Assembly (NCBI GenBank): GCA_964624605.1
Contig: CAZUXS010000001.1
Coordinates: forward strand, 1-61,525
Length of the DNA: 61,525 bases
From: an uncultured Lachnospiraceae bacterium
GTDB lineage: Bacteria > Bacillota > Clostridia > Lachnospirales > CAG-274
Direction: 5' to 3'
Shown here one piece after another: positions 36,211 through 46,060 of this stretch (the first letter of the stretch is position 1; the number at the start of each line of letters is the position of its first letter). Position numbers and translations under genes: made by a program. A model generated the notes under the pieces. That model searched no databases. It was not told the origin of the DNA and saw nothing but the letters and a program-made list of their open reading frames with translations.

Positions 36211-36738
36211 ATGGGTATGAACAGTTACACTATAGACCTTATGCCAAAGGGAGTGCACATAGGCAATGTGAACGGAATAAGCGCCTATAAGGGCAACAGC
36301 GGTATACCCCTTTATAAGGTGGTGGGGTTTGTAAAAAGTTTGAATGAATTTGAGGAAAAGGCATACAATTTTTGGATATACGACAAGAGCATAAATATTA
36401 TGATTCATGAGGAAAACGGCGATTTTTACGCCATAACATTTGAAAGCTGTTTATCCAATGTTGAAGTCGGGGTGAAAGATATACTCGGGCTTGTGAAGCT
36501 TTTTTGCAGCGGTGTGGCTGATATGGATATATATGTTAAGGGCAAAAAGTTTGCGGGTGATGACCCCACAAGGCTTTTAAACACCGTTGAAAAGGCATAT
36601 AAGGACAAAATAAAAAAGTTCAGAGATAAATACGGGCAGACAAAGTTCAGAGGTACGGAAGCCGAGTTTGAAAAGGAAATGAAACGTCAAAATCGCTGGT
36701 ACCGTGTGCTTGCAAGAAAGTATGGATTTAATATTTAA
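36211..36738 (+). CDS. hypothetical protein (175 aa)
   Basis: RBS agaggtga precedes the ATG at 36211. No family was recognised. Confidence 0.5.
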   Translation: MGMNSYTIDLMPKGVHIGNVNGISAYKGNSGIPLYKVVGFVKSLNEFEEKAYNFWIYDKSINIMIHEENGDFYAITFESCLSNVEVGVKDILGLVKLFCSGVADMDIYVKGKKFAGDDPTRLLNTVEKAYKDKIKKFRDKYGQTKFRGTEAEFEKEMKRQNRWYRVLARKYGFNI

Positions 36739-36861
36739 TTAAAGTAGTAGACATTATTACGAACATTTATCAAAGTTTAGGCTGTGACAAGGCTGTTTTT
36801 TATGGAAAATTGCTATTGTATTCTTTTTAACAAAGTGATATAGTTTAATATGGTGATTATT

Positions 36862-37680
36862 ATGGAATTAAGAATTGGTTTTATAGGAAGCGGAAAAGTC
36901 GGCTGTTCGCTTGCGGCTTATTTCAAGCAATGCAATCTGACGGTTTCCGGCATATACTCACGCTCCGACAACGATGCAAAATTCGGTAATATCAATGAGC
37001 TTATCAATGTAAGCGATATAGTTTTTATAACCGTAACCGACACGGCTTTATCTGCCGTATGGAGCGGATTGGACAAGACTAAGCTTAGCGGCAAGATTAT
37101 TTGCCATTGCAGCGGCTCAATTTCATCGGCTGTTTTTGAAAATGCCGATGAGTACGGTGCACACGTTGCATCCGTGCATCCTATGCTGGCTTTTGACAGC
37201 AAAAAGGTTTCTTTTGAAAAAATCCGAAAGGCTTTTTTTACCATTGAAGGTGATGCTAAAGCAACGGAGGTCATATCTTCGCTGCTGGATTTTTGCGGCA
37301 ATAAACACTGCCTTATAGACAAGGCATCAAAGGCAAAGTATCACGCTGCCGCCGTTTTTGCTTCAAATTTTGTAGTGGCAACGGCGCATACGGCTGTGAA
37401 GCTTTTGACCGAGTGCGGTTTTGACGATAAAAATGCACTTGAAGCACTCGCTCCGATGCTTATGGGCAATATGGATAATATCTGCCAAAAGGGTACTTGT
37501 GAAGCACTTACCGGACCTATCGAAAGAAATGATTTAACAACAGTTGAAAAACATCTTCTCTGTCTTGATGAAGATACGGCAAAGTTATATAAGGAGCTTT
37601 CAAAAGTTCTTGTAAGTATAGCCGAAGATAAGCATAAAGACAGAAATTATGAAGAGCTTTATCGTAAAATTGGAGGTTAA
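36862..37680 (+). CDS. Rossmann-fold NADP oxidoreductase with DUF2520-like C-terminus; candidate PanG-type ketopantoate reductase
   Basis: The dinucleotide fold [10 protein letters not shown] and the C-terminal ...GP..R.D..T...HL pattern are present. The gene sits immediately upstream of panB-panC-panD and appears co-transcribed with them. Confidence 0.6.
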   Translation: MELRIGFIGSGKVGCSLAAYFKQCNLTVSGIYSRSDNDAKFGNINELINVSDIVFITVTDTALSAVWSGLDKTKLSGKIICHCSGSISSAVFENADEYGAHVASVHPMLAFDSKKVSFEKIRKAFFTIEGDAKATEVISSLLDFCGNKHCLIDKASKAKYHAAAVFASNFVVATAHTAVKLLTECGFDDKNALEALAPMLMGNMDNICQKGTCEALTGPIERNDLTTVEKHLLCLDEDTAKLYKELSKVLVSIAEDKHKDRNYEELYRKIGG

Positions 37681-37681
37681 A

Positions 37682-38533
37682 ATGAAAACTACAACAACTA
37701 CATTCGCAAAGGCTAAGGCAAACGGCGAGAGAATTTCAATGCTTACCGCTTATGACTACACAACGGCTAAGCTTGTTGATGCGGCAGGGGTTGACAGTAT
37801 ACTTGTGGGTGATTCCCTCGGTATGACAATGCTCGGCTATGAAGATACCGTTTCGGTCACAATGGAAGATATGATTCACCACTGTGCGGCGGTTGCAAGG
37901 GGCTGTAAGAATGCACTTGTAATTTGTGATATGCCTTTTATGTCCTATCAAACATCTGTTTATGATGCGGTTAAAAACGCAGGAAGACTTATGCAGGAGG
38001 GCAGAGCCGGAGCTGTAAAGCTTGAAGGCGGAGTGAAGTTTAAAGAACATATAAGGGCGATTGTCGATGCGTCCATACCCGTGTGTGCTCATATAGGGCT
38101 TACACCTCAATCCGTGAATACAATAGGCGGATTTAAGGTTCAGGGTAAAACGGCGGAAGCCGCAAAACAGCTTATTGCCGATGCAAAGGCTGTTGAGCAG
38201 GCGGGTGCTTTTGCGGTTGTGCTTGAATGTGTGCCCGCAAGGCTGGCAACAGTAATTTCAAAAATTTTAACAATACCTACAATAGGCATCGGTGCGGGCA
38301 ACGGCTGTGACGGTCAGGTGCTTGTATATCAGGATATGCTCGGTATGTTTGATAATTTGGCACCTAAGTTTGCAAAGGTTTTTGCACCTGTGGGTGAAAA
38401 TATGAAAAAAGCTTTTAAGGCTTATTCCGATGAAGTGAAAAACGGAACGTTCCCTGCGCAGGAACATACCTTTAAGATAGATGATACTGTAATTGATGAA
38501 GTAAACAAAGCACTTGAACGGGGAGAATTGTGA
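37682..38533 (+). CDS. panB: 3-methyl-2-oxobutanoate hydroxymethyltransferase
   Basis: The pattern ...[23 protein letters not shown]...G...T..VT...M.HH...V....VKLEGG is present, with RBS ggagg. Confidence 0.95.
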   Translation: MKTTTTTFAKAKANGERISMLTAYDYTTAKLVDAAGVDSILVGDSLGMTMLGYEDTVSVTMEDMIHHCAAVARGCKNALVICDMPFMSYQTSVYDAVKNAGRLMQEGRAGAVKLEGGVKFKEHIRAIVDASIPVCAHIGLTPQSVNTIGGFKVQGKTAEAAKQLIADAKAVEQAGAFAVVLECVPARLATVISKILTIPTIGIGAGNGCDGQVLVYQDMLGMFDNLAPKFAKVFAPVGENMKKAFKAYSDEVKNGTFPAQEHTFKIDDTVIDEVNKALERGEL

Positions 38534-39375
38534 TGAGAATAGTAAAGACAATAGACGAAGTAAGAGATTTTGTAAATGAGTGGAGAAGTGAGGGCTATAC
38601 GGTAGGACTTGTGCCGACAATGGGATTTTTGCACGAGGGACACGAAAGCCTTATCAAAAAAGCGGCAGAGGAAAATGACAGGGTTGTTGTGAGTGATTTT
38701 GTAAACCCTACACAGTTTGCCCCAAACGAGGATTTTGAAGCTTATCCGAGAGATATAGAGGCTGATGCCGTTCTTTGTGAAAGAGCGGGTGCGGCACTTA
38801 TATTCAATCCCGAAGCCGATGAAATGTATGACAATGCACTCACTTTTGTGGATATGAATGAGATAACAAAGGTACTTTGCGGCAAGACAAGACCTATACA
38901 TTTCAGCGGTGTTTGCACTGTTGTGAGCAAGCTTTTCAATATTGTAAAGCCGGACAGAGCATACTTCGGTCAGAAGGATGCACAGCAGCTTTGTGTAATC
39001 AAAAAGATGGTAAAGGACTTGAACTTTGATATTGAAATCATAGGATGCCCGATAATAAGAGAAGCCGACGGACTTGCAAAAAGCTCCAGAAACACTTATC
39101 TCAATGCAGATGAAAGAAAGGCTGCACTTTGCCTTTCACGTTCACTCGGCATAGGTAAGGCTATGATTGAAAAGGGCGAAAAATCCGCAAAGGTTGTAAT
39201 CGATGCAGTTAAGGCTGAAATTGAAAAAGAACCTCTTGCAAAGATAGATTACGTTGAAATTGTGGATTGGAACAATCTCAAAGCACTCGACGAAATCAAG
39301 AAGCCGCTTTTGATGGCTATTGCCGTTTACATCGGCAAGACAAGATTGATAGATAACTTTATTATAGAGGCGTAA
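38533..39375 (+). CDS. panC: pantoate--beta-alanine ligase
   Basis: VPTMGFLHEGH.SL, NPTQF and FGQKDAQQ motifs are present. The start overlaps the panB stop. Confidence 0.95.
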   Translation: MRIVKTIDEVRDFVNEWRSEGYTVGLVPTMGFLHEGHESLIKKAAEENDRVVVSDFVNPTQFAPNEDFEAYPRDIEADAVLCERAGAALIFNPEADEMYDNALTFVDMNEITKVLCGKTRPIHFSGVCTVVSKLFNIVKPDRAYFGQKDAQQLCVIKKMVKDLNFDIEIIGCPIIREADGLAKSSRNTYLNADERKAALCLSRSLGIGKAMIEKGEKSAKVVIDAVKAEIEKEPLAKIDYVEIVDWNNLKALDEIKKPLLMAIAVYIGKTRLIDNFIIEA

Positions 39376-39394
39376 TTGAAAGAGAGGTACTTTG

Positions 39395-39784
39395 ATGGAG
39401 CTTACAATGCTTAAGGGTAAAATCCACAGAGCAAAGGTTGTTCAAGCGGAGCTTGACTACGTTGGAAGCATAACGATTGATGAGGATTTGCTTGATGCCG
39501 CAGGCATACTTGAATATGAGATGGTGCAAATTGTGGACGTGAACAACGGTGAACGATTTGAAACCTACACAATTGCAGGTGAAAGAGGCAGCGGCATGAT
39601 TTGCCTTAACGGTGCGGCGGCAAGATGCGTGCAAAAGGGCGACTTGGTTATAATAATGTGTTATGCGAAAATGACCGAGGAAGAGGCAAAGGAACACAAA
39701 CCTAATGTTGTTTTTGTGGATGAAAACAATAAAATAGAAAAAGTTACAAATTACGAAAAACACGGCAAATTGAGCTGGAAATAG
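39395..39784 (+). CDS. panD: aspartate 1-decarboxylase
   Basis: [30 protein letters not shown] contains the G-S self-cleavage site. Confidence 0.95.
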   Translation: MELTMLKGKIHRAKVVQAELDYVGSITIDEDLLDAAGILEYEMVQIVDVNNGERFETYTIAGERGSGMICLNGAAARCVQKGDLVIIMCYAKMTEEEAKEHKPNVVFVDENNKIEKVTNYEKHGKLSWK

Positions 39785-39794
39785 AAGTTAAAAA

Positions 39795-39838
39795 CGGGCA
39801 AAACCATGAAAGCGGTTTTTGCCCGTTAAATTTTCTTT
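39795..39838 (+). terminator. rho-independent terminator of the pan operon
   Basis: The stem cgggcaaaacc / ggtttttgcccg is followed by a T-rich tract. Confidence 0.65.
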
Positions 39839-39976
39839 TACACTATTGTGTTGTATTTTATGTAGTAATTTACTGTTGAAAAATGACATAAATTATTATA
39901 TAATGTATATTAGCATTTATTATATATTTATTTTTTTTACAGCCGTTTCGGAACGGCAATAGTGAGGAGTTTTATT

Positions 39977-42900
39977 ATGAAATATAAAACAGGTATAGAC
40001 ATAGGCTCCACCACAATAAAACTTGTTGTGATGGATGCGGATAACAATATTTGCTTTAAAGATTACAGAAGACATCGCTCCAATATACAGGAAACTCTTC
40101 TGGGACTTATAGAGGATGCATATAAGCAGCTCGGCAATGTGCAATTTTCCGCTATGCTTACGGGCAGTGGCGGTCTTTCAATTTCCGAGTGGATAGGTAT
40201 TCCGTTTTTGCAGGAGGTTGTTGCGGTAAGCAATGCAATTGATTTTGCCGCACCTAAAACAGATGTTGCCATTGAAATCGGCGGCGAGGATGCAAAGATA
40301 ATATATTTCCGTGGCGGAATAGAGCAGAGAATGAACGGTATTTGCGCAGGCGGTACGGGTTCATTCATAGACCAAATGGCATCACTTTTGCAGACGGATG
40401 CACAGGGACTTAACGAATATGCAAAGCACTACAACGTTATTTATCCCATTGCGGCACGCTGCGGTGTATTTGCCAAAAGTGATATACAGCCACTCATAAA
40501 TGAGGGTGCGGCAAAGTCCGATTTGGCTGTTTCAATCTTTCAGGCGGTTGTAAACCAGACAATAAGCGGTCTTGCTTGCGGTAAGCCCATAAGGGGCAGA
40601 GTTGCTTTCCTTGGTGGTCCTTTACACTTTTTAACGGAGCTTAAGGCTAGATTTATAGATGTGCTCAATCTCGAGGATGATGAGATAATTGAGGTTGAAA
40701 ATTCACATCTTTTTGCGGCTATGGGCAGTGCGCTCACATCCGATGAAAATGCCGGTTTTGATTTTGAAAGCCTTATAGCCAATATGAAAAAGGAAAAGCA
40801 CCTTACAATGGAGATAAACCGTCTTGACCCTCTTTTTGAAAATCAGGAGGACTACGACAAGTTCAGTCAAAGACATTCAAAGGCAGTGGTGAAAAAGGGT
40901 GATTTGAAGTCTTATACGGGTGATGTGTTCCTCGGTATAGACTCCGGTTCAACAACGTCAAAACTTGCCGTAATAGGTGAGGACGGTTCACTTTTATACT
41001 CTTTTTATGCAAGCAATGAGGGTAATCCTCTTAAGATAATCATAACGGCGCTCAAACAGATTTATTCAATATTGCCAAACGGTGTAAATATCAAAAAAGC
41101 CTGTGTTACGGGTTATGGTGAGGGTCTTATAAAAGAAGCTCTTATGATTGATTTGGGCGAGATTGAAACCGTTGCACATTACAAAGCTGCGGCATTTTTT
41201 GAACCCGATGTTGATTTTATACTCGATATCGGCGGTCAGGATATGAAGTGTATTCGTATAAAGGACGGCGTTATAGACAGCGTACTTTTGAATGAGGCTT
41301 GCTCAGCGGGTTGCGGTTCATTCATTGAAACTTTTGCAAAGAGCCTTAATTTAAGCGTGCAGGAGTTTGCAAAGGTGGCACTTTTTGCAAAGAAGCCTAT
41401 TGACCTCGGTTCTCGTTGCACCGTATTTATGAATTCAAGAGTAAAGCAGGCACAGAAAGAGGGTGCGGAGGTTGCTGATATTTCCGCAGGTCTTGCATAT
41501 TCCGTAATCAAAAACGCACTTCAGAAAGTTATCAAAATCACCGACCCAACGGATATGGGTGAACACCTCGTTGTTCAGGGTGGTACTTTCTATAATGAAG
41601 CGGTACTTCGTTCATTTGAAAAGATATCCACAAGAGATGCCGTAAGACCCGATATCAGCGGCATTATGGGTGCTTTCGGTGCGGCTATCATAGCAAGAGA
41701 TAAGTATGTTGCGGGCGAAAATTCAACCATGCTCACAGCCGATGAACTTGATAAGCTTGAAATATCATCAAGCATAACACGTTGCAAGGGCTGTACAAAC
41801 AGCTGTCTTTTGACAATAAACAAATTCAGCGGTGGCAGAAGATTTATAAGCGGTAACCGCTGTGAGAGAGGTCTCGGAAAGAATGTAAACAATTCTTGCG
41901 TGCCTAACCTTTTTGAATATAAATATGAAAGACTTTTCGGCTACAAGCCTATTGCACCCGAAGATGCAAAAAGAGGCGTTGTGGGTATACCTCGTGTGCT
42001 CAATATGTATGAGGATTATCCGCTTTGGTTCACCTTCTTTACGGAGCTTGGTTACAGCGTGAAGCTTAGTCCGAAGAGCAGCAGAGCGGTATATGAACAG
42101 GGTATTGAATCCATACCGAGTGAATCCGCTTGTTATCCCGCAAAGATAGTGCACGGACACATAAAGAGCCTTATAGATGACGGTGTGAAGTTCATATTCT
42201 ATCCTTGTATAGCTTACGAAAACAAGGAAATAAAGGATGCGGACAATAACTATAACTGTCCTATCGTAACAAGCTATCCCGAAAACATAAAGAACAATGT
42301 TGAGGAGATAAGGGAGCTTGGTATAGATTTCAGGAATCCGTTCTTTGCACTTTCAAACAAGGAATTTTTCTTCAAGCGTCTTACGGATGAGTTTTCCGAT
42401 ATACCGAAAGATGAGGTAATGAGGGCGGCAAACAGAGCTTGGAACGAATGGGAAAATTACAGAAGTGATATGCGTAAAAAGGGTGAAGAAACTCTTGCAT
42501 ATCTTAAAGAAAACGATATGGACGGTATTGTAATAGCGGGCAGACCTTATCATACCGACCCCGAAATAAATCACGGTATTCCCGAACTTATTGTAAGCTA
42601 CGGTATAGCCGTACTCACCGAGGACAGTATTGCACACCTCGGTAATGTGCAAAGACCTCTCAACGTGCGTGACCAGTGGGCATATCATTCAAGACTTTAT
42701 GCGGCCGCTTCATTTGTGCGTGAGCAGGAAAATTTGGAACTTATACAGCTCAACAGTTTCGGTTGCGGTTTGGATGCCGTAACGGCTGATGAAGTGCACG
42801 ATATACTTTCTGCGGCAGGCAAGATATATACACTCCTTAAGATAGATGAGGTAAGCAACCTCGGTTCTGCAAGAATAAGAGTGCGTTCACTTTTTGCCGC

Positions 42901-44236
42901 ATTGGAAGAGAGAAAGAGAAAAAAATTTAAGATACACGAACCGCAGGCACCAAAGCAGAGAGTGGTTTTCACAAAGGAAATGAAGAAAAATCACACCATA
43001 CTTATGCCGCAGATGTCACCTATACACTTTGATATAGCACAGGAGGCATTCAAGGCTTGCGGATACAATGTTGTGCTTATGCCTGCAATTGACAGGGATT
43101 GTATTGATATCGGTTTGAAATATGTTAATAACGATGCGTGCTATCCCGCACTTATCACCGTCGGACAGATATTCAAGGCTTTGCAATCCGGTGAATACGA
43201 CCTTAACAATGTTTCCGTATTCATAAGCCAGACGGGCGGCGGTTGCCGTGCTTCAAACTATATCGGTTTTATAAGACGTGGTTTGAAAAAAATGGGTATG
43301 GAGCAAGTTCCGGTTATTTCCGTTTCCGCAAGCGGAATTGAAAGCAACCCCGGTTTCAAGATTACACCAAAGCTTATAAACGGCTTGTTGCAGTCTATAC
43401 TTTACGGCGATTTGTTTATGCGTGTGCTTTACAGAACAAGACCTTACGAAAAGGTCAAGGGTTCAGCCGAAAAGCTCTATAAGGCGTGGAATGAGATTTG
43501 CCGTCAGGCTGTAAGACGTTGCAGTAAGGCTGAATTTAAGAGAAACGTAAAGGCTATTGTAAAAGACTTTGACGAGCTTCCGCTTGATGAAAGCATTGTG
43601 AAGCCAAGAGTTGGTGTTGTAGGTGAGATACTTGTAAAATTCCATCCGACAGCAAACAACGATATCGTAACCTTGCTTGAAAATGAGGGTGCGGAAGCGG
43701 TTGTGCCCGATTTGATGAACTTTATGACATACAGCCTTTACAACAATATTTTCAAGGAAAAATACTTCGGTGCAAAGCACATCACAACAGTGGTGACAAG
43801 CATCGGTATAAAATATATCGAGGGCTACAGAAAGGTTATGAGCGAAGCACTTGAACAAAGTAAACGTTTTGAACGTCCCGCAGATATAGCCGAACTCGGT
43901 GAAATGGCAAAGGATATTGTTAGCCTTTGTAATCAGACGGGTGAGGGTTGGTTCTTGACGGCTGAACTTGTGGAGCTTATTCATTCCGGTGTGCCGAATA
44001 ATATCTGTACTCAGCCTTTTGCTTGCTTGCCAAACCACGTAACCGGTAAGGGTATTATTAAGGAACTTAAAAGACGTAATAAGCTTAGTAATATAGTTGC
44101 GGTGGACTATGACCCCGGTGCAAGTGAGGTAAATCAGCTTAATAGAATTAAGTTGATGCTTAGTACGGCAGAGAAGAATCTTGCAAAAAATGGGAATACC
44201 GCGTATTCCGAAGCCGTACCAACAAAGGATAGATAA
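39977..44236 (+). CDS. acyl-CoA dehydratase activase-related fusion protein (2x BcrAD/BadFG ATPase + CoA-enzyme-activase/DUF2229-like domains)
   Basis: Two [23 protein letters not shown] ATPase modules are followed by about 800 aa with the YPCI...NCP and ACYPAK patterns of the activase-associated domains. The start at MKYKTG follows gaggag. Confidence 0.8.
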   Translation: MKYKTGIDIGSTTIKLVVMDADNNICFKDYRRHRSNIQETLLGLIEDAYKQLGNVQFSAMLTGSGGLSISEWIGIPFLQEVVAVSNAIDFAAPKTDVAIEIGGEDAKIIYFRGGIEQRMNGICAGGTGSFIDQMASLLQTDAQGLNEYAKHYNVIYPIAARCGVFAKSDIQPLINEGAAKSDLAVSIFQAVVNQTISGLACGKPIRGRVAFLGGPLHFLTELKARFIDVLNLEDDEIIEVENSHLFAAMGSALTSDENAGFDFESLIANMKKEKHLTMEINRLDPLFENQEDYDKFSQRHSKAVVKKGDLKSYTGDVFLGIDSGSTTSKLAVIGEDGSLLYSFYASNEGNPLKIIITALKQIYSILPNGVNIKKACVTGYGEGLIKEALMIDLGEIETVAHYKAAAFFEPDVDFILDIGGQDMKCIRIKDGVIDSVLLNEACSAGCGSFIETFAKSLNLSVQEFAKVALFAKKPIDLGSRCTVFMNSRVKQAQKEGAEVADISAGLAYSVIKNALQKVIKITDPTDMGEHLVVQGGTFYNEAVLRSFEKISTRDAVRPDISGIMGAFGAAIIARDKYVAGENSTMLTADELDKLEISSSITRCKGCTNSCLLTINKFSGGRRFISGNRCERGLGKNVNNSCVPNLFEYKYERLFGYKPIAPEDAKRGVVGIPRVLNMYEDYPLWFTFFTELGYSVKLSPKSSRAVYEQGIESIPSESACYPAKIVHGHIKSLIDDGVKFIFYPCIAYENKEIKDADNNYNCPIVTSYPENIKNNVEEIRELGIDFRNPFFALSNKEFFFKRLTDEFSDIPKDEVMRAANRAWNEWENYRSDMRKKGEETLAYLKENDMDGIVIAGRPYHTDPEINHGIPELIVSYGIAVLTEDSIAHLGNVQRPLNVRDQWAYHSRLYAAASFVREQENLELIQLNSFGCGLDAVTADEVHDILSAAGKIYTLLKIDEVSNLGSARIRVRSLFAALEERKRKKFKIHEPQAPKQRVVFTKEMKKNHTILMPQMSPIHFDIAQEAFKACGYNVVLMPAIDRDCIDIGLKYVNNDACYPALITVGQIFKALQSGEYDLNNVSVFISQTGGGCRASNYIGFIRRGLKKMGMEQVPVISVSASGIESNPGFKITPKLINGLLQSILYGDLFMRVLYRTRPYEKVKGSAEKLYKAWNEICRQAVRRCSKAEFKRNVKAIVKDFDELPLDESIVKPRVGVVGEILVKFHPTANNDIVTLLENEGAEAVVPDLMNFMTYSLYNNIFKEKYFGAKHITTVVTSIGIKYIEGYRKVMSEALEQSKRFERPADIAELGEMAKDIVSLCNQTGEGWFLTAELVELIHSGVPNNICTQPFACLPNHVTGKGIIKELKRRNKLSNIVAVDYDPGASEVNQLNRIKLMLSTAEKNLAKNGNTAYSEAVPTKDR

Positions 44237-44313
44237 ATTTAAATTTTTGTTGAGAAACAAAGGATTTGAAAAAATTCTCTTTGGAGTTTTAGTTTTTTGA
44301 TTATTTTTAGTAA

Positions 44314-44815
44314 AGAGATTGTTCTTTTTTACGAAAAAAGAACCAAAAACGTTGGGGCGTTCCGATTCGCCCCAAACCCCTAACGGGCAGGGGCGGTGGA
44401 GTTTGGCGGCTCATAGAAGTAAGGTGGCGGGTTGCCCCTGCACCCACCCGTGTGAGTGAATGGGTTTGAGGTTTAATATGAGGGTTACCTCTATACCCCA
44501 CCTGTATGAGTGAATGGGTTTGAGGTTTAATATGAGGGTTCCCCCTATACCTCACTTGTGTGAGTATAGGGGTTTGAGGTTGAGCATGATGGTTGCCCTT
44601 GCACCCACCCGTTTTACTCAGAACTTTTGCTACGCAAAAGCAAGCCTTTCGGCTTGGCGAATCTATCTTTTCGCTTCATTGGTGAGGTTGGGGCAACCAA
44701 CGCCGCCAACAACATTGTAGGTAATGCCACAATTTGATGGTTTTAAGCGGCGAAGCCGCTATTAGCCTTCCCCTACGGGGAAGGTGGCATTTTTGCTTGC
44801 AAAAATGACGGATGA
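44314..44815 (+). repeat. mosaic hairpin-module intergenic repeat, copy B, including about 3 tandem 53-54 bp units (about 44450-44610)
   Basis: It shares more than 100 nt of modules with the reverse complement of 5975-6197. The string tgagtgaatgggtttgaggtttaatatgagggtt occurs at 44454 and 44507, with a degenerate third copy at 44561. The 3' half is a chain of short hairpins, for example cttttgc-tac-gcaaaag, aagcc-tttc-ggctt, agcggc-gaa-gccgct, ccttcccc-tac-ggggaagg and catttttgc-t-tgcaaaaatg. Confidence 0.85.
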
Positions 44816-44857
44816 GGCGAAAAACTACGTATATAGTTATTTATAGGATAGTATTCA

Positions 44858-45082
44858 CTATTCAACATTTAACGAACTACCCCAAGCAACAACCGTTTTC
44901 AGTGGTTCAATTACCAAAATTGTATTTGGATATTTACACGATACCATAGCTACAGATTTTATTTTAAGAATGTTTCCTGTATCATCGGTTATTATATCAC
45001 CAATTTTGTTTTTATAAACTATTCCTTCAACTTCAATGGTTGTTAAATTTGTAATTTTATCAATTTTCAATATTTTACGCAT
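44858..45082 (-). CDS. hypothetical small protein (74 aa)
   Basis: The ATG at 45082 is preceded by aaaggtg. The gene is AT-rich, and no family was recognised. Confidence 0.45.
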   Translation of the reverse strand: MRKILKIDKITNLTTIEVEGIVYKNKIGDIITDDTGNILKIKSVAMVSCKYPNTILVIEPLKTVVAWGSSLNVE

Positions 45083-45117
45083 ATTTACACACCTTTTAAA
45101 ATTAAAATACATACAGT

Positions 45118-45765
45118 CTAGTAGCAAAAGTTACAAGGGTCAAGCCCTCTTTTAGCTGCAACACTTGCTTTTACAGTTGAAACACTTTTTGCATTACTCA
45201 AACCTCTGCAACCGGAATAGCTATGGTATTTCTTTCCTGTTGGGGTTATATACACATCATAATCGGTAGATTGTGAACTTGTAATAGGTGTCTGTACGGA
45301 AACACTGTTTTGAGTTGTGGCAACAGTGGTTTCTTCTGTTGTGGTAGTTGTCGTAGTTATAACTGTGGTGGTTTCTGTTGTTGTGGTTATGGTTGTGGTT
45401 TCCGTTGTTGTTTGGGTTATTTCTGTTGTTTTAGTGCTTTCTTCGGTTGTTGTAACAGGAATATCTGTATCTTTATTTGTTTTTTCACACATACTTAAAA
45501 TAGACCCAAGAATCAAAAGTACCGCACAACAAGCACCCACAATCATCAGATGTTTTGTATCTTTGGTTTTACGATTGTTTTTCAACTCAACAAGCTCCGA
45601 ATATGTAATTGTGTCTACAGATTTATTTGAAGTTTTAAAAACAATTTCAAACTTCTTTGAACATTTTTTACACAAATACCCGTCTTTTAGTTTTGTTTTA
45701 CCGAATATTCCTGCGGATTTTCCGCAATGTACACATTGTTTCCCCACACAATCATCCCTTTTCAT
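45118..45765 (-). CDS. membrane-anchored protein: N-terminal DUF4428-like zinc ribbon, TM helix, Thr-rich linker, C-terminal H/C-rich small domain
   Basis: The features are CVHCGKS...KLKDGYLCKKC, one TM helix (MIVGACCAVLLILGSIL), a (T/E/I)-rich run of about 60 aa, and the C-terminus TGKKYHSYSGCRGL........A...GLDPCNFC. The start codon is uncertain. Confidence 0.6.
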   Translation of the reverse strand: MKRDDCVGKQCVHCGKSAGIFGKTKLKDGYLCKKCSKKFEIVFKTSNKSVDTITYSELVELKNNRKTKDTKHLMIVGACCAVLLILGSILSMCEKTNKDTDIPVTTTEESTKTTEITQTTTETTTITTTTETTTVITTTTTTTEETTVATTQNSVSVQTPITSSQSTDYDVYITPTGKKYHSYSGCRGLSNAKSVSTVKASVAAKRGLDPCNFCY

Positions 45766-46005
45766 AAAATTATTTTAACAATTTATTTTGATGTAAATAG
45801 CTTATAAAGCCACTTATAACAGCGGCATTTCTTTGCACTATGTTTGTTTCCGTAAGATCGGCTATATTTTAATTCTTAAATCAATTTATTAGTCTATGTA
45901 CATTATAATCCATCGACACGAAAAAGGCAACTATGATATCGTTAAAAAATAACGATAATGATATATTTTTGTATATGCTAAAACAAATAAGTTTATTTTC
46001 AACAC

Positions 46006-46049
46006 GTAAAAAAGGTATTGAACCCAACCGAGTTCAATACCTTTTTTTC
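46006..46049 (-). terminator. rho-independent (bidirectional) terminator downstream of the TIR gene
   Basis: A 12-bp perfect stem, aaggtattgaac / gttcaatacctt, is flanked by an A-run and a T-run. It lies 12 nt past the stop codon. Confidence 0.8.
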
Positions 46050-46060
46050 AATACCTTTTA

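Noticed and set aside
45310-45778. Plus-strand ORFs 45310..45498 and 45317..45778 with bizarre Val/Cys/Gly-rich translations
   Set aside because: They are antisense shadows of the Thr-codon repeat in the minus-strand gene 45118..45765. They have no RBS and an implausible composition.
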